From a virus (Duplodnaviria > Caudoviricetes): 39,814 bases of DNA. Below are positions 1 through 8,680 of this stretch, in pieces. Position 1 is the first letter of the stretch. Every line of letters starts with the position of its first letter. Under the pieces are notes generated by a model, which was not told the DNA's origin, did no database searches, and worked only from the letters and a program-made list of their open reading frames with translations. Where the stretch lies: the IMG/VR virus record IMGVR_UViG_3300023059_000275, positions 1-39,814 of that record; one strand, given 5' to 3'. Both the position numbers and the translations under genes were made by a program.

Positions 1-24
1 ATGATGCAGCTCAAGGATAGATCA

Positions 25-1071
25 ATGAATCTGAATATCGGCCAAATTACGCTGATTGATTTGCTAGGAATGCTCGAACGAAAAGAGTTGATTATCAATC
101 GCAATTACCAGCGCGGGCAGGACATTTGGCCAAACACTGCGCGCAGTTACTTTATCGATACTATCCTCCACGGGTTTCCTTTCCCCAAGATATATCTGTA
201 TCAGTCATTCAGCAAAGAAACAAAAAAACCCTTTAAGGAATTGGTAGACGGCCAGCAGCGTGTAACTACAATCCAAGACTTTTACAATAATAAATTTGCA
301 CTCAGCAACACATCAAAAAAATTCGCCGGCATGCGGTTTCGCGATCTAAGCGAGGAAGCCCAGCAAACATTTGTAAGCTATCAAATTGAGCACTCTACCA
401 TCTTGTCTGCAACAAGATCAGAGCTGCTAGAAATGTTCAGACGGATGAATGCATACACAGCTCCGCTAAAAGAAGCGGAGAAAAGACATTCGACGTACCA
501 AGGCCAATTCAAATGGTTTATCGCTCACGCCACCGAACATTTGTGGTCCGATCTTCTTGAGGCCTTCGAGATACTTACCGAGAAACAGATTGCTCGAATG
601 GCGGATGCTGAATTCGTCTCCGACATGGTAGTTGTCTTAGAATCAGGCATCCAAACAAAGCGAAATGCATCGATTGATAAGCTCTACAAGGAGTATGATG
701 AGAGTTTCCCTCAGGACGAGGCATACATTAAAATTCTCATCGACTTTTACACAGACCTCGTCAGTAACATGCAGGACATTCGCGGTACGTACATTACAAA
801 GTCGTACGTAATACATTCTTTGTTCTGTGCTTACGCTGCAATACGATATGGATTCCCCAACAGTGAAGATTTTGTAGCCAAGCCAGATAAAAATTATCAA
901 ATCGACTACGCAAAGGCCGTGCCACGCTTGCTGGAGCTCGCCGAAGCCCATGAAAACCAAGAGGACGAAGGGCCTCACAAAGCATATGTACTTGCCTGCA
1001 CATCTAGTACGACCCAACAGTTGCAGCGCAAAATTAGAACATCGCATCTGGTTAAGGCACTGCTAGGGTAA
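25..1071 (+). CDS. DUF262 (ParB-like/GmrSD N-terminal) domain protein, putative defence component
   Basis: Motifs NYQRG..W, IDTILHGFPFPKIYL, LVDGQQRVTTI and FRRMN. AAGGA at 13-17 favours the ATG at 25 over the ORF start at 1. Confidence 0.88.
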   Translation: MNLNIGQITLIDLLGMLERKELIINRNYQRGQDIWPNTARSYFIDTILHGFPFPKIYLYQSFSKETKKPFKELVDGQQRVTTIQDFYNNKFALSNTSKKFAGMRFRDLSEEAQQTFVSYQIEHSTILSATRSELLEMFRRMNAYTAPLKEAEKRHSTYQGQFKWFIAHATEHLWSDLLEAFEILTEKQIARMADAEFVSDMVVVLESGIQTKRNASIDKLYKEYDESFPQDEAYIKILIDFYTDLVSNMQDIRGTYITKSYVIHSLFCAYAAIRYGFPNSEDFVAKPDKNYQIDYAKAVPRLLELAEAHENQEDEGPHKAYVLACTSSTTQQLQRKIRTSHLVKALLG

Positions 1072-1075
1072 AGAC

Positions 1076-1732
1076 ATGAGCTTCCACAGACTCAATGGAT
1101 GGGTCCAAAGGCGACTTAACGGTTACGAACAAAAGTCGGATACCCTTCAGTTACAACTAGGCGCCCTGCCCACATGGCAACATCGCTACCTGACTGAAAG
1201 CCTGATGTCAGAAATATGGTTAACCTGGTGCCTGTTTTCGCGGAATTTAATTCACAAGTCACTTCGTGGAACAAAAGCCCGAAACAACCAGATAATCACT
1301 CCAAGAACTGGCAATAACACGTGGCAGACAATCGGACATCAATCTAAGCGCGCTTCTAAATCTGAGAACCACTTAACTTCCACCCCAACCACCTTCTACA
1401 TGCGATATGAGCCGACATGGGGAGATCCGGGCTGCATCATCAAAATAATCACTGCACTAGCCCCAGCGAACCAAGTACAATTATTGACTGCATTTGGCCT
1501 TCCTCTACAAGGCCCTAAACACCTGCAGCTAGTTAGGAACTGTGCTGCACATAAGACACTTGAAAACCTTATGTTTCTAAGGATGCAACTTTCTCTAACG
1601 TATGTCATTCCTAACAAGGCGACACCCGCTGAGATTGCCTGGGCCCTAAGAACAGGCACCCCCGACTTGGCCATTCATGCATGGCTCAACGACATGAAAA
1701 TCATCGCTGACGTTGCTACGGCTTCAAGCTAA
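1076..1732 (+). CDS. putative HEPN-family RNase
   Basis: RNCAAH fits the RxxxxH motif; upstream helix ESLMSEIWLTWCLF; starts 4 bp after the DUF262 stop. Confidence 0.65.
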   Translation: MSFHRLNGWVQRRLNGYEQKSDTLQLQLGALPTWQHRYLTESLMSEIWLTWCLFSRNLIHKSLRGTKARNNQIITPRTGNNTWQTIGHQSKRASKSENHLTSTPTTFYMRYEPTWGDPGCIIKIITALAPANQVQLLTAFGLPLQGPKHLQLVRNCAAHKTLENLMFLRMQLSLTYVIPNKATPAEIAWALRTGTPDLAIHAWLNDMKIIADVATASS

Positions 1733-1738
1733 CATAGA

Positions 1739-1947
1739 TTGGCGTTTCGTTCCGGGGTATCACCAGGTGCGATACGGAGCATCGAGAGCGGGGCCGAGCT
1801 GCGCCGGGTCACAATGCAGGCCCTTGCTCATGCACTGGAGGCGAAGGGCCTAGTGTTCTTCCCTGGCCACCCTCCCCTGCGCGCCGGGAACTGCCGAGGG
1901 CCACGCCTCATCCCCGTACGAGGGACGACCACCATTTGATCGAGTGA
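1739..1947 (+). pseudogene. truncated, frameshifted XRE-family HTH regulator
   Basis: LAFRSGVSPGAIRSIESG is HTH helices 2-3 with no N-terminus or RBS. A 1-nt shift near 1900 gives TPHPRTRDDHHLIE*, ending at 1947. Confidence 0.6.
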
Positions 1948-1952
1948 CCGGG

Positions 1953-3224
1953 TCAGCGAACCTTCCATAGCTGATCAATCCGAGTTGTGTAGGAGCGACT
2001 CATCATTTCCCGGCGCATGCCCCAATCGGGGATGCGGGGGACAGTCGCTGTATGCATAGTGCCTCTTCCATATTTGCCATTGATCTCGTCTAGCACCGAC
2101 ATTAGCCGGTCGCTGGCTGCTGGCTGCGTAACCGCAAATAGATCATCACTGAACTCGCCAGGCTGACGCAGATCCAGCAACAGCACCTCTGCCTTGCTGT
2201 ACCGGAATTCTGGCCGGTAGATCCGCTCAACTGCATCTGTAGCGGCCCGGGTAAGCAGCAGCGTGTCATTGGTGGGGTATGGCAGCTCGACCATTACCCC
2301 TTGGGCATAGCGAGCTTCATCGGGGTTAAACATACCGGTGCGGATGCTCACCCGGATGCGTTTGCATACCGATCCCTGAGCACGCAACTTTTCCGCTGCA
2401 CGTCCGGTGTAGGTGGCCACCGCCTGCTTGATTGGAGCGATCTCGGTCAAGCGCTTGCCGAACATCCGGCTGCAGCAGATCTCCTGCTTGGGTGGGTCAG
2501 GCTCCTCGAGCTCAAGGCAAGATGTGCCGGCGAGCTCCCTTGCCGTTTTCTCAACCACCACACTGAATTTCTGACGAAGCGTCCATGGATCAGCCTTGGC
2601 AAGATCCATTGCCGTGCGGATCCCCATGGCCTCGAGATGCGCGGTCATCCGCTTACCAATACCCCAGACCTCTTTGACTTCAGTATTGCGCAGCACCCAG
2701 TCGCGCTTGAAAGGGTCGCAGATATCAACCACACCACCAGTCTCTGCCTGCAGGCGCTTCGCGGTGTGGTTGGCCAGCTTTGCCAGGGTCTTGGTCCTCG
2801 CAATACCGACACCTACAGGGATGCCGGTGCACCTCAGAATCTTGGTGCGCATGTCACGGCCGAACTGGGTCAGACTGCCAGGGATGCCGGTGAGGTCTGC
2901 GAATGACTCATCGATCGAATACACCTCTGCTGCCGGCACCATGGCCTCGATCAGTGACATCACGCGCTCGCTCATGTCGCCATAGAGCGCGTAGTTTGAT
3001 GAGAACGCCACGATGCCATGCCGCCGCAGCTTGTCCTTGGCCTGGAAGAAAGGCTCACCCATTTTGACGAAGGGCTTGGCATCGTAAGACCTGGCAATCA
3101 CGCAGCCATCGTTATTGCTCAAAACGACTATAGGCGTCTTGGCCAGATCCGGCCGGAACACGCGTTCGCAGCTCGCGTAAAACGAGTTGCAGTCGATCAG
3201 GGCGAACACCTGATCATTGCGCAT
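1953..3224 (-). CDS. umuC: Y-family DNA polymerase V subunit UmuC/RulB
   Basis: LIDCNSFYASCE, LSNNDGC, YSIDE and C-terminal W.MRREMMSRSYTT motifs. Confidence 0.96.
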   Translation of the reverse strand: MRNDQVFALIDCNSFYASCERVFRPDLAKTPIVVLSNNDGCVIARSYDAKPFVKMGEPFFQAKDKLRRHGIVAFSSNYALYGDMSERVMSLIEAMVPAAEVYSIDESFADLTGIPGSLTQFGRDMRTKILRCTGIPVGVGIARTKTLAKLANHTAKRLQAETGGVVDICDPFKRDWVLRNTEVKEVWGIGKRMTAHLEAMGIRTAMDLAKADPWTLRQKFSVVVEKTARELAGTSCLELEEPDPPKQEICCSRMFGKRLTEIAPIKQAVATYTGRAAEKLRAQGSVCKRIRVSIRTGMFNPDEARYAQGVMVELPYPTNDTLLLTRAATDAVERIYRPEFRYSKAEVLLLDLRQPGEFSDDLFAVTQPAASDRLMSVLDEINGKYGRGTMHTATVPRIPDWGMRREMMSRSYTTRIDQLWKVR

Positions 3225-3642
3225 GGTCGCGCACGCTATAGCGGACTACGCCCCAGATGACCAGGTCGTCACCCTCCATCACGTGTCGAGGCGGGTATGC
3301 AGGATTCTCCGACTGCAGGATCAATGCACCGTTGCGCCGATACAACCGCTTGCACACCGGCTCAGTGTTGATTGCGGCGATCACGATGTCTCCGTGCTCA
3401 GCCTCATTGCTGCGGTCGACGATCAGAAGATCACCGGAGTGGATCCCGGCGCCCTGCATGCTATCCCCCTCCACCTGAACCAGATAGACATGGGGCGCCC
3501 GCAGATCGAACAGCTCATCAAGAGAGATGTGCCGCTCAAGGTGATCAGCTGCAGGCGAGGGAAATCCCGCCGGCACGCGGAACGAATAGACGGGGAGCAA
3601 CGCGGGACCGCCCGTAGGGGTTCCGAGGAAGGTGATGGTCAT
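3214..3642 (-). CDS. umuD: UmuD/RulA S24 peptidase
   Basis: VPAGFPSPA cleavage site, GDSM catalytic Ser, VCKRL Lys; overlaps the umuC start. Confidence 0.95.
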   Translation of the reverse strand: MTITFLGTPTGGPALLPVYSFRVPAGFPSPAADHLERHISLDELFDLRAPHVYLVQVEGDSMQGAGIHSGDLLIVDRSNEAEHGDIVIAAINTEPVCKRLYRRNGALILQSENPAYPPRHVMEGDDLVIWGVVRYSVRDHAQ

Positions 3643-3663
3643 GGCAGGCTGATCCAACTCAAA

Positions 3664-3679
3664 CTGTATATTCATACAG
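3664..3679. promoter_or_regulatory. LexA (SOS) box
   Basis: CTGTATATTCATACAG = CTG-N10-CAG, between divergent umuD and SRAP genes. Confidence 0.92.
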
Positions 3680-3745
3680 TAAACTAGTCAGACTGATTCT
3701 GGTCAATACCGATACGATGAGAAGCCGATCAACGTGAGGTGAGGT

Positions 3746-4450
3746 ATGTGCGGACGGTACTCGATCTACGAGTCAATGGATCACTATCTCAAACAGCTGT
3801 CGCTGGACCTTGAGGTGATCAATGGCTACGACCATGAGCGGATCAACCGCTACAACGTAGCGCCGTCAACGCGCGTCGAGCTGATTCGACCGGTCGATGG
3901 AGGGGTTAGCGTTGACCGGGTCAAATGGGGGTGGGCGCCTTTTTGGGCGAAGGGGAAGCGTCCCGACCCGATCAATGCGCGGGCCGAAACGGTGATGGAG
4001 GGTAAGTTCTTCAAATCGCTCTGGCCAGGAGGCCGAGCCTTGGCGCCTGCAAACGGGTGGTTTGAATGGATCAAGGATCCGGCTGACCCGAAACGCAAGC
4101 AGCCCTTCTACATCACGGCCGCAAACAACGAACCGTTGTATTTTGCCGCGCTGGCCGAAGTCCACGCAGGCCTAGAGCCTGATGAGCGCGATGGCTTCGT
4201 CATCATCACCGCTGCCGCTGATCAGGGGCTGATCGATATCCATGATCGCAAGCCACTGGTCCTGACGCCTGAGCTTGCACGCGAGTGGATCGATGAGGGC
4301 ACCACCATCGAACGTGCCGCAGAGATCGTGCAGACAGGGTGCCGGCCTGCTGCCGATTTCAAGTGGTACCCAGTGAGCAAGCAGGTAGGCAATGTTCGCA
4401 ACCAGGGCGAAGAGCTGATCGAAGAGGTCGCGGTACCGTCGCTAGAATAG
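3746..4450 (+). CDS. SOS response-associated peptidase (SRAP/YedK/HMCES family)
   Basis: N-terminal MCGRY; RYNVAPS, INARAET, GWFEW, IHDRKP; GAGG RBS. Confidence 0.95.
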   Translation: MCGRYSIYESMDHYLKQLSLDLEVINGYDHERINRYNVAPSTRVELIRPVDGGVSVDRVKWGWAPFWAKGKRPDPINARAETVMEGKFFKSLWPGGRALAPANGWFEWIKDPADPKRKQPFYITAANNEPLYFAALAEVHAGLEPDERDGFVIITAAADQGLIDIHDRKPLVLTPELAREWIDEGTTIERAAEIVQTGCRPAADFKWYPVSKQVGNVRNQGEELIEEVAVPSLE

Positions 4451-5236
4451 CTGGCCCAGTCCCGCAGGCTGCCAGTTCATGATCACTAGCTCACCAGTAA
4501 CTTCAGCCTTGCCCTGCCGTTGGTTGGCCGTGGTGTAGCGGATATCGACGCACTCAAAGTGGAAGCCGTCGAAAGCTCGCCGGATGTCTGGGTGGTCGTT
4601 GATGCTGACCATCACCCTGCCCTTGCAACGGCGCATGAAGTCGGCCATGCGCTCGTACTCCTCGAAAGGGAAATCCACGCCATAGCCGGCAGTCTGCCAG
4701 TAAGGCGGATCCATGTAGAAGAACGTGTGCGCTCGATCATAGCGTTCGGCACAGTCAAGCCACGACAGGTTCTCAACGTAGGTGCCAGCAAGGCGCTGCC
4801 ACGCGGCAGACAGGTTTTCCTCGATCCGCAGCAGATTAATCGCCGGCCCCGTGGTCGCGGTACCGAACGTCTGACTCGTGACCTTGCCACCGAATGCGTG
4901 CTGCTGCAGGTAAAAGAAACGGGCCGCGCGCTGGATGTCGGTCAGCGTCTCAGGGCGGGTCATCTTCTGCCACTCGAAAATCTGCCGCGAACTGAGCGCC
5001 CACTTGAACTGGCGCACGAACTCCTCAAGGTGGTTCTGCACAACGCGGTAGAGGGTGACCAGGTCACCGTTCAGGTCGTTAAGCACCTCCACGGGCGCGG
5101 GCTGGGGACGCATGAAGAACAACGCGGCGCCGCCGGCGAAGACTTCGACATAGCATTCATGAGGGGGAAAGAGAGGGATCAAGCGGTCAGCCAGGCGGCG
5201 TTTGCCACCCATCCAAGGGATAATTGGTGAGGTCAT
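4442..5236 (-). CDS. DNA adenine methyltransferase (Dam-like, D12 class)
   Basis: PWMGGKRRLA, YVEVFAGGAA, EVLND and YMDPPY motifs. Confidence 0.93.
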   Translation of the reverse strand: MTSPIIPWMGGKRRLADRLIPLFPPHECYVEVFAGGAALFFMRPQPAPVEVLNDLNGDLVTLYRVVQNHLEEFVRQFKWALSSRQIFEWQKMTRPETLTDIQRAARFFYLQQHAFGGKVTSQTFGTATTGPAINLLRIEENLSAAWQRLAGTYVENLSWLDCAERYDRAHTFFYMDPPYWQTAGYGVDFPFEEYERMADFMRRCKGRVMVSINDHPDIRRAFDGFHFECVDIRYTTANQRQGKAEVTGELVIMNWQPAGLGQLF

Positions 5237-5253
5237 AATCTCGCAAGTCTTTA

Positions 5254-5269
5254 CTGTATGGATAAACAG
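5254..5269. promoter_or_regulatory. LexA (SOS) box
   Basis: CTGTATGGATAAACAG, 17 bp upstream of the MTase ATG. Confidence 0.85.
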
Positions 5270-5342
5270 GTGTTAGGCTCGCCGCGCTTTGTGCACGGAG
5301 CAGGAGCCTTGGCTGGACTTGCAGGTTCGGTCTGCGGGTTCG

Positions 5343-5388
5343 GCGGGCCGGGCTGGATGTTGACGCATCCTCCCGGCCCGCTCCTTTC
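5343..5388. terminator. long GC-rich hairpin in the MTase leader
   Basis: GCGGGCCGGG-CT-GGATG-TTGACG-CATCC-T-CCCGGCCCGC followed by TCCTTTC. Confidence 0.55.
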
Positions 5389-5905
5389 ACTTCGTCATTT
5401 CGCGCACGTAGGCCTGACAGGCTTTCAGCGCGATCAGTCCTCGATCACCTTCGTCGGTGATGGCGATAATTCGTTGAGCATGCGCTGGGTCAAGGTCGGC
5501 GCGTACGGCTCCATGTACCACGCCTCGGGCGCCGGGGGCGGTTGACACCCCACAGCTACCACTCTCGGCGGCTGTTGCGGCGAGGACGACTGACAGCCGC
5601 AGATCAGCAGTAGCAAGCCTGTCACGCAGGCGAGCCTGAGTTTGTTGAGCATCGCTCATCTCCTTCCAGTGAGTTTCTGCCGTCGACTTGAGACGATCCT
5701 CAAGACCGCGACGCCGATCCTGTTCTTCGGCTTGCCAGTCGATTACGGCCAGTGCCGCGGCTTCACGTTCGCGCTGGTATTGGCCGGATTGTTGAGCCAG
5801 CGCTTTTTCGTAATGGTTGGCTTGCCACAACCAGGCACCACGACCACCGACGTAGATGCCCAGTAGCAGCGCAAGGCCGGCTAACCGCCAACCAAGCACG
5901 TTCAC
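5387..5905 (-). CDS. Rz-like inner-membrane spanin
   Basis: N-terminal TM helix then coiled coil; overlaps the endolysin stop. Confidence 0.85.
   Translation of the reverse strand: MNVLGWRLAGLALLLGIYVGGRGAWLWQANHYEKALAQQSGQYQREREAAALAVIDWQAEEQDRRRGLEDRLKSTAETHWKEMSDAQQTQARLRDRLATADLRLSVVLAATAAESGSCGVSTAPGARGVVHGAVRADLDPAHAQRIIAITDEGDRGLIALKACQAYVREMTK
5434..5652 (-). CDS. Rz1-like outer-membrane spanin lipoprotein nested in Rz
   Basis: Signal peptide MLNKLRLACVTGLLLLICG-C with lipobox, Pro-rich mature part, AGGAG RBS, alternative frame inside Rz. Confidence 0.8.
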   Translation of the reverse strand: MLNKLRLACVTGLLLLICGCQSSSPQQPPRVVAVGCQPPPAPEAWYMEPYAPTLTQRMLNELSPSPTKVIED

Positions 5906-6453
5906 TGCAGCACCTCGAGCGCTCGCTGGTAGAGCGCATTGCGGTCGTCGAGGCCATTGGTGCCGCCGTTGATCCGCTTGGTGATGGTGAGGAAGTCGCC
6001 TTTGTCGGCAAGCGTGTTGAGCCCAGCACGCTGCCAGAACCAGCCCGCCGACATCGCCGCATACACCGGCTGCTCGAGCAGCTCTGGGGTATTGAGCAAG
6101 CGGCTATCGCCAAACAGCGCTTCGCTGCAGGCCTCATAGTTCGCGCGCCCGGTTATCTGTATCAGACCACGGCCGCGATACAGCTGGCCGTCACCGTCCG
6201 CCTCGGGCGTATTGCCCAAGCGCTGGGCGAGGCGCCCAGTGTCGTACTTGGCCAGGTAGACATTATTGCCAAGTTCGCGCACGTGGCGCAGCTGGCCGGA
6301 CTCATGGCCGATCTGGGCAATGAACGCGGCCATGCGTAGCCGGGTGATGATCGCGTACTTGCCCATGGTCGCATTGAGACCAGGTACGAAAATGCCGGCT
6401 TTAGTGCCGGCGTTGGGGAGGATCTGCTGGAGTTGCTTTTCGGTAATCGCCAT
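5902..6453 (-). CDS. endolysin, glycoside hydrolase family 19
   Basis: AFIAQIGHES, YRGRGLIQITGRANY and ITKRINGG motifs. Confidence 0.95.
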   Translation of the reverse strand: MAITEKQLQQILPNAGTKAGIFVPGLNATMGKYAIITRLRMAAFIAQIGHESGQLRHVRELGNNVYLAKYDTGRLAQRLGNTPEADGDGQLYRGRGLIQITGRANYEACSEALFGDSRLLNTPELLEQPVYAAMSAGWFWQRAGLNTLADKGDFLTITKRINGGTNGLDDRNALYQRALEVLQ

Positions 6454-6533
6454 CAGGAAACATCCTTGAACAGGTTGGTTTCAAACGTCATGCCGGCGCA
6501 GTGGCGCGGCAGATCGGGAGGGTTGTGATTGGG

Positions 6534-7580
6534 TTACAACTGCTCGATCTTGAGCGGCTGTTTTTCTTTCTTCGTTTTCTTGCCGACGGCCTTCGCTTTG
6601 CCCTTCTTGCCGCCGTTGCACTCGACGGTCGTAGTCCAGCCAGACTGGGTAAAGACTTGCTCTACGCTGTCCACCAGGTACTCGCCATCAAGCCCGGGCT
6701 TGAAGTCCTTGGCGTTAATTTGGCGCTCCGCAAAGAGGTCGGTACGCCCGGCCATTTCCAGCCGCACGGCGGCGGTGCTGCGGTTGAATGCCGACAGCCT
6801 GGCTTTGGCGGCCTGCTTCGCGGCCGACTCGTTGGGGTAGATATGGCGGTCGGTGTGGACGGCCGGCAGGCCATCGGGCGACTCGTCGTTGCCCAGCTCC
6901 ACCACTTTCAAGACGCCGGTTTTGGGGTCTTGGTGCTTGGTCTTGACCGCCTGCTGGGTGCCTCGATCACCGAGGCGGAACGAGTACCGGCTGACGTCCG
7001 CGCGGGTGAGGGTCACGGCCGACAGCGCCTTGCCGCTCGCGCTCTGATTGCCGTTCCTTGGCATGACCAGCAACTTGCCGTCGCCCACCTTCGCCGTGCA
7101 GTCGTACTGCTTGGCCAGCCGGGTGATGAAATTGAAATCGGATTCGTTGTTCTGATCGATGCGCGCCACCTTGGTCTGCACCGAACAGACCGGGGTCCAG
7201 CTATTACGCGCGGCCACGTCACGCACGATCTGCGCGAGCGGCACGTTTTCCCAGCTGCCGCTGCGAGTGGTCTTGCCGCTGCCACGCATGTCGCTGGCCT
7301 TGCCGCGAATAGTGATGGTGTCCGGGGGGCCGGTCACTTCCACCTCATCGACCGTGTAACTGCCCAGGCGCGCCAGGCCTTGACCGGCGTACCCCAGGTG
7401 AACCTCGATCTTGCCGCCGCGCTTGGGCAGCGTCACCAGCTGGTCGCGGTCGTCAATGCGCAACTCGAACTCGTCCGACTCCATGCCGGGCTTGTCCGTG
7501 GTGCGCAGCAACAACAGCCGATCATTGATCAGCGCGGTAATGTCGTTGCCGTCCGCGACGATGCGAAACATCGGTTTCAT
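6534..7580 (-). CDS. phage late control/tail protein gpD
   Basis: MKPMFRIVADG..DIT, ESDEFELRIDD and QNNESDFNFITRLA motifs. Confidence 0.9.
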   Translation of the reverse strand: MKPMFRIVADGNDITALINDRLLLLRTTDKPGMESDEFELRIDDRDQLVTLPKRGGKIEVHLGYAGQGLARLGSYTVDEVEVTGPPDTITIRGKASDMRGSGKTTRSGSWENVPLAQIVRDVAARNSWTPVCSVQTKVARIDQNNESDFNFITRLAKQYDCTAKVGDGKLLVMPRNGNQSASGKALSAVTLTRADVSRYSFRLGDRGTQQAVKTKHQDPKTGVLKVVELGNDESPDGLPAVHTDRHIYPNESAAKQAAKARLSAFNRSTAAVRLEMAGRTDLFAERQINAKDFKPGLDGEYLVDSVEQVFTQSGWTTTVECNGGKKGKAKAVGKKTKKEKQPLKIEQL

Positions 7581-7601
7581 GTGTACGTGCTCCAGAAATG
7601 C

Positions 7602-7626
7602 AAAACCCCGCACTCGGCGGGGTTTC
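7602..7626 (-). terminator. intrinsic terminator-like hairpin
   Basis: Minus strand GAAACCCCGC-CGAGT-GCGGGGTTTTG. Confidence 0.6.
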
Positions 7627-7644
7627 GTTACGCGTAACGCGGGA

Positions 7645-7851
7645 TCAATCCCACAGCATGATTGACTCGGCCTGCGGTGCCGGCAGATCCGGGAAGTGGA
7701 TCAGCAGCCCCGCGCGATACGGCTGCAACTCGTCGGCCAAGCCTTGGTTGGCCTCCAGCACCGTCTCGACGGTGCCGAGCAGGTGGCCGTAGACGTTGTG
7801 ACAGAGGGTGTCGAGCAGATCCCCGTCAGACGTTCTGCATGTCATCGCCAT
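7645..7851 (-). CDS. tail protein X (LysM-like)
   Basis: GDLLDTLC..YG..VLEANQGLA and C-terminal LWD. Confidence 0.9.
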   Translation of the reverse strand: MAMTCRTSDGDLLDTLCHNVYGHLLGTVETVLEANQGLADELQPYRAGLLIHFPDLPAPQAESIMLWD

Positions 7852-8671
7852 ACTTCACGAACTCCAGCGAGAACCCTTGTTTGCGCGGGATACCGCCGGG
7901 CAGCAGCGCCCCTTGGTCTTCGTCCACGTTCGTTAAGCACCAGTTGCCCAGCACCTCGCCATAGCCTGTGATCAGGCTTAGCGGCTGCAGGCGCCGGCCA
8001 ATGGTGCGCAGCGTGTTCAGCTGTCCGATACCGCCCTTGAAGCTTGGGAAGATCGCGCCCTTGATCGTCAGCTTGTCATCGCCCTGGCCGACGGCCTGCT
8101 GCGCAATTTCCCGCGTCAATCGCTCCTGCCCCGCCCACCGAAAGCCCGTCTGCCGGCGCAGCTCGTCAAAGCCCGCCGTGTCGAGGTTGAAGTAATACGG
8201 CTCAAGCTTGGGGTCGAGCGGCTGCATGATCAGCAGGTGCGGAAACGGCTTCACGGCCTCGGCCGCCGGCGTAGCCTCAACGCCTAGGGCGCTGGTCGGC
8301 ACGATGTTGCCCAGTGACGGGCTGATCTTGCCGGCGACGCGGTTAATCGCTGCCCCCGCGCGTGCGGCCTGCTCCTTGACCGCGCCGATTCGCTCCTGCA
8401 CCTGACTGGCTGCAGTCACTACCCGGCTGTAGGTCGACGCCACCTGACCAACAACGGACTGGGCGGCGTTGATCGCCCGCATGGTCCGCTGCAGCTTGGC
8501 GCCGATGGCCGGGCCGATAAAGGGAATGCCCTCAAGCTCCGAGGCCGCCCCCGTCATATCACTGACCGCCCCGTTGAGCGGCCCCAACATGCCGTCGAGG
8601 GAGGTGCGGCCGGCCTCCCCGGCCGCGACCAGCGACGACAGCGCCGACCCCATTGATTCCATGTAAGTCAT
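7826..8671 (-). CDS. P2 gpU-like tail protein with Ala-rich N-terminal extension
   Basis: RWAGQERL, GYGEVLGNWC and GIPRKQGFSLEF; follows the tape measure gene. Confidence 0.85.
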   Translation of the reverse strand: MTYMESMGSALSSLVAAGEAGRTSLDGMLGPLNGAVSDMTGAASELEGIPFIGPAIGAKLQRTMRAINAAQSVVGQVASTYSRVVTAASQVQERIGAVKEQAARAGAAINRVAGKISPSLGNIVPTSALGVEATPAAEAVKPFPHLLIMQPLDPKLEPYYFNLDTAGFDELRRQTGFRWAGQERLTREIAQQAVGQGDDKLTIKGAIFPSFKGGIGQLNTLRTIGRRLQPLSLITGYGEVLGNWCLTNVDEDQGALLPGGIPRKQGFSLEFVKYGDDMQNV

Positions 8672-8680
8672 ATCACCCCC

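Noticed and set aside
5187-5390. 67-aa ORF as a Mu Com-like activator of the MTase
   Set aside because: No Cys zinc-finger; it overlaps the hairpin and LexA box.
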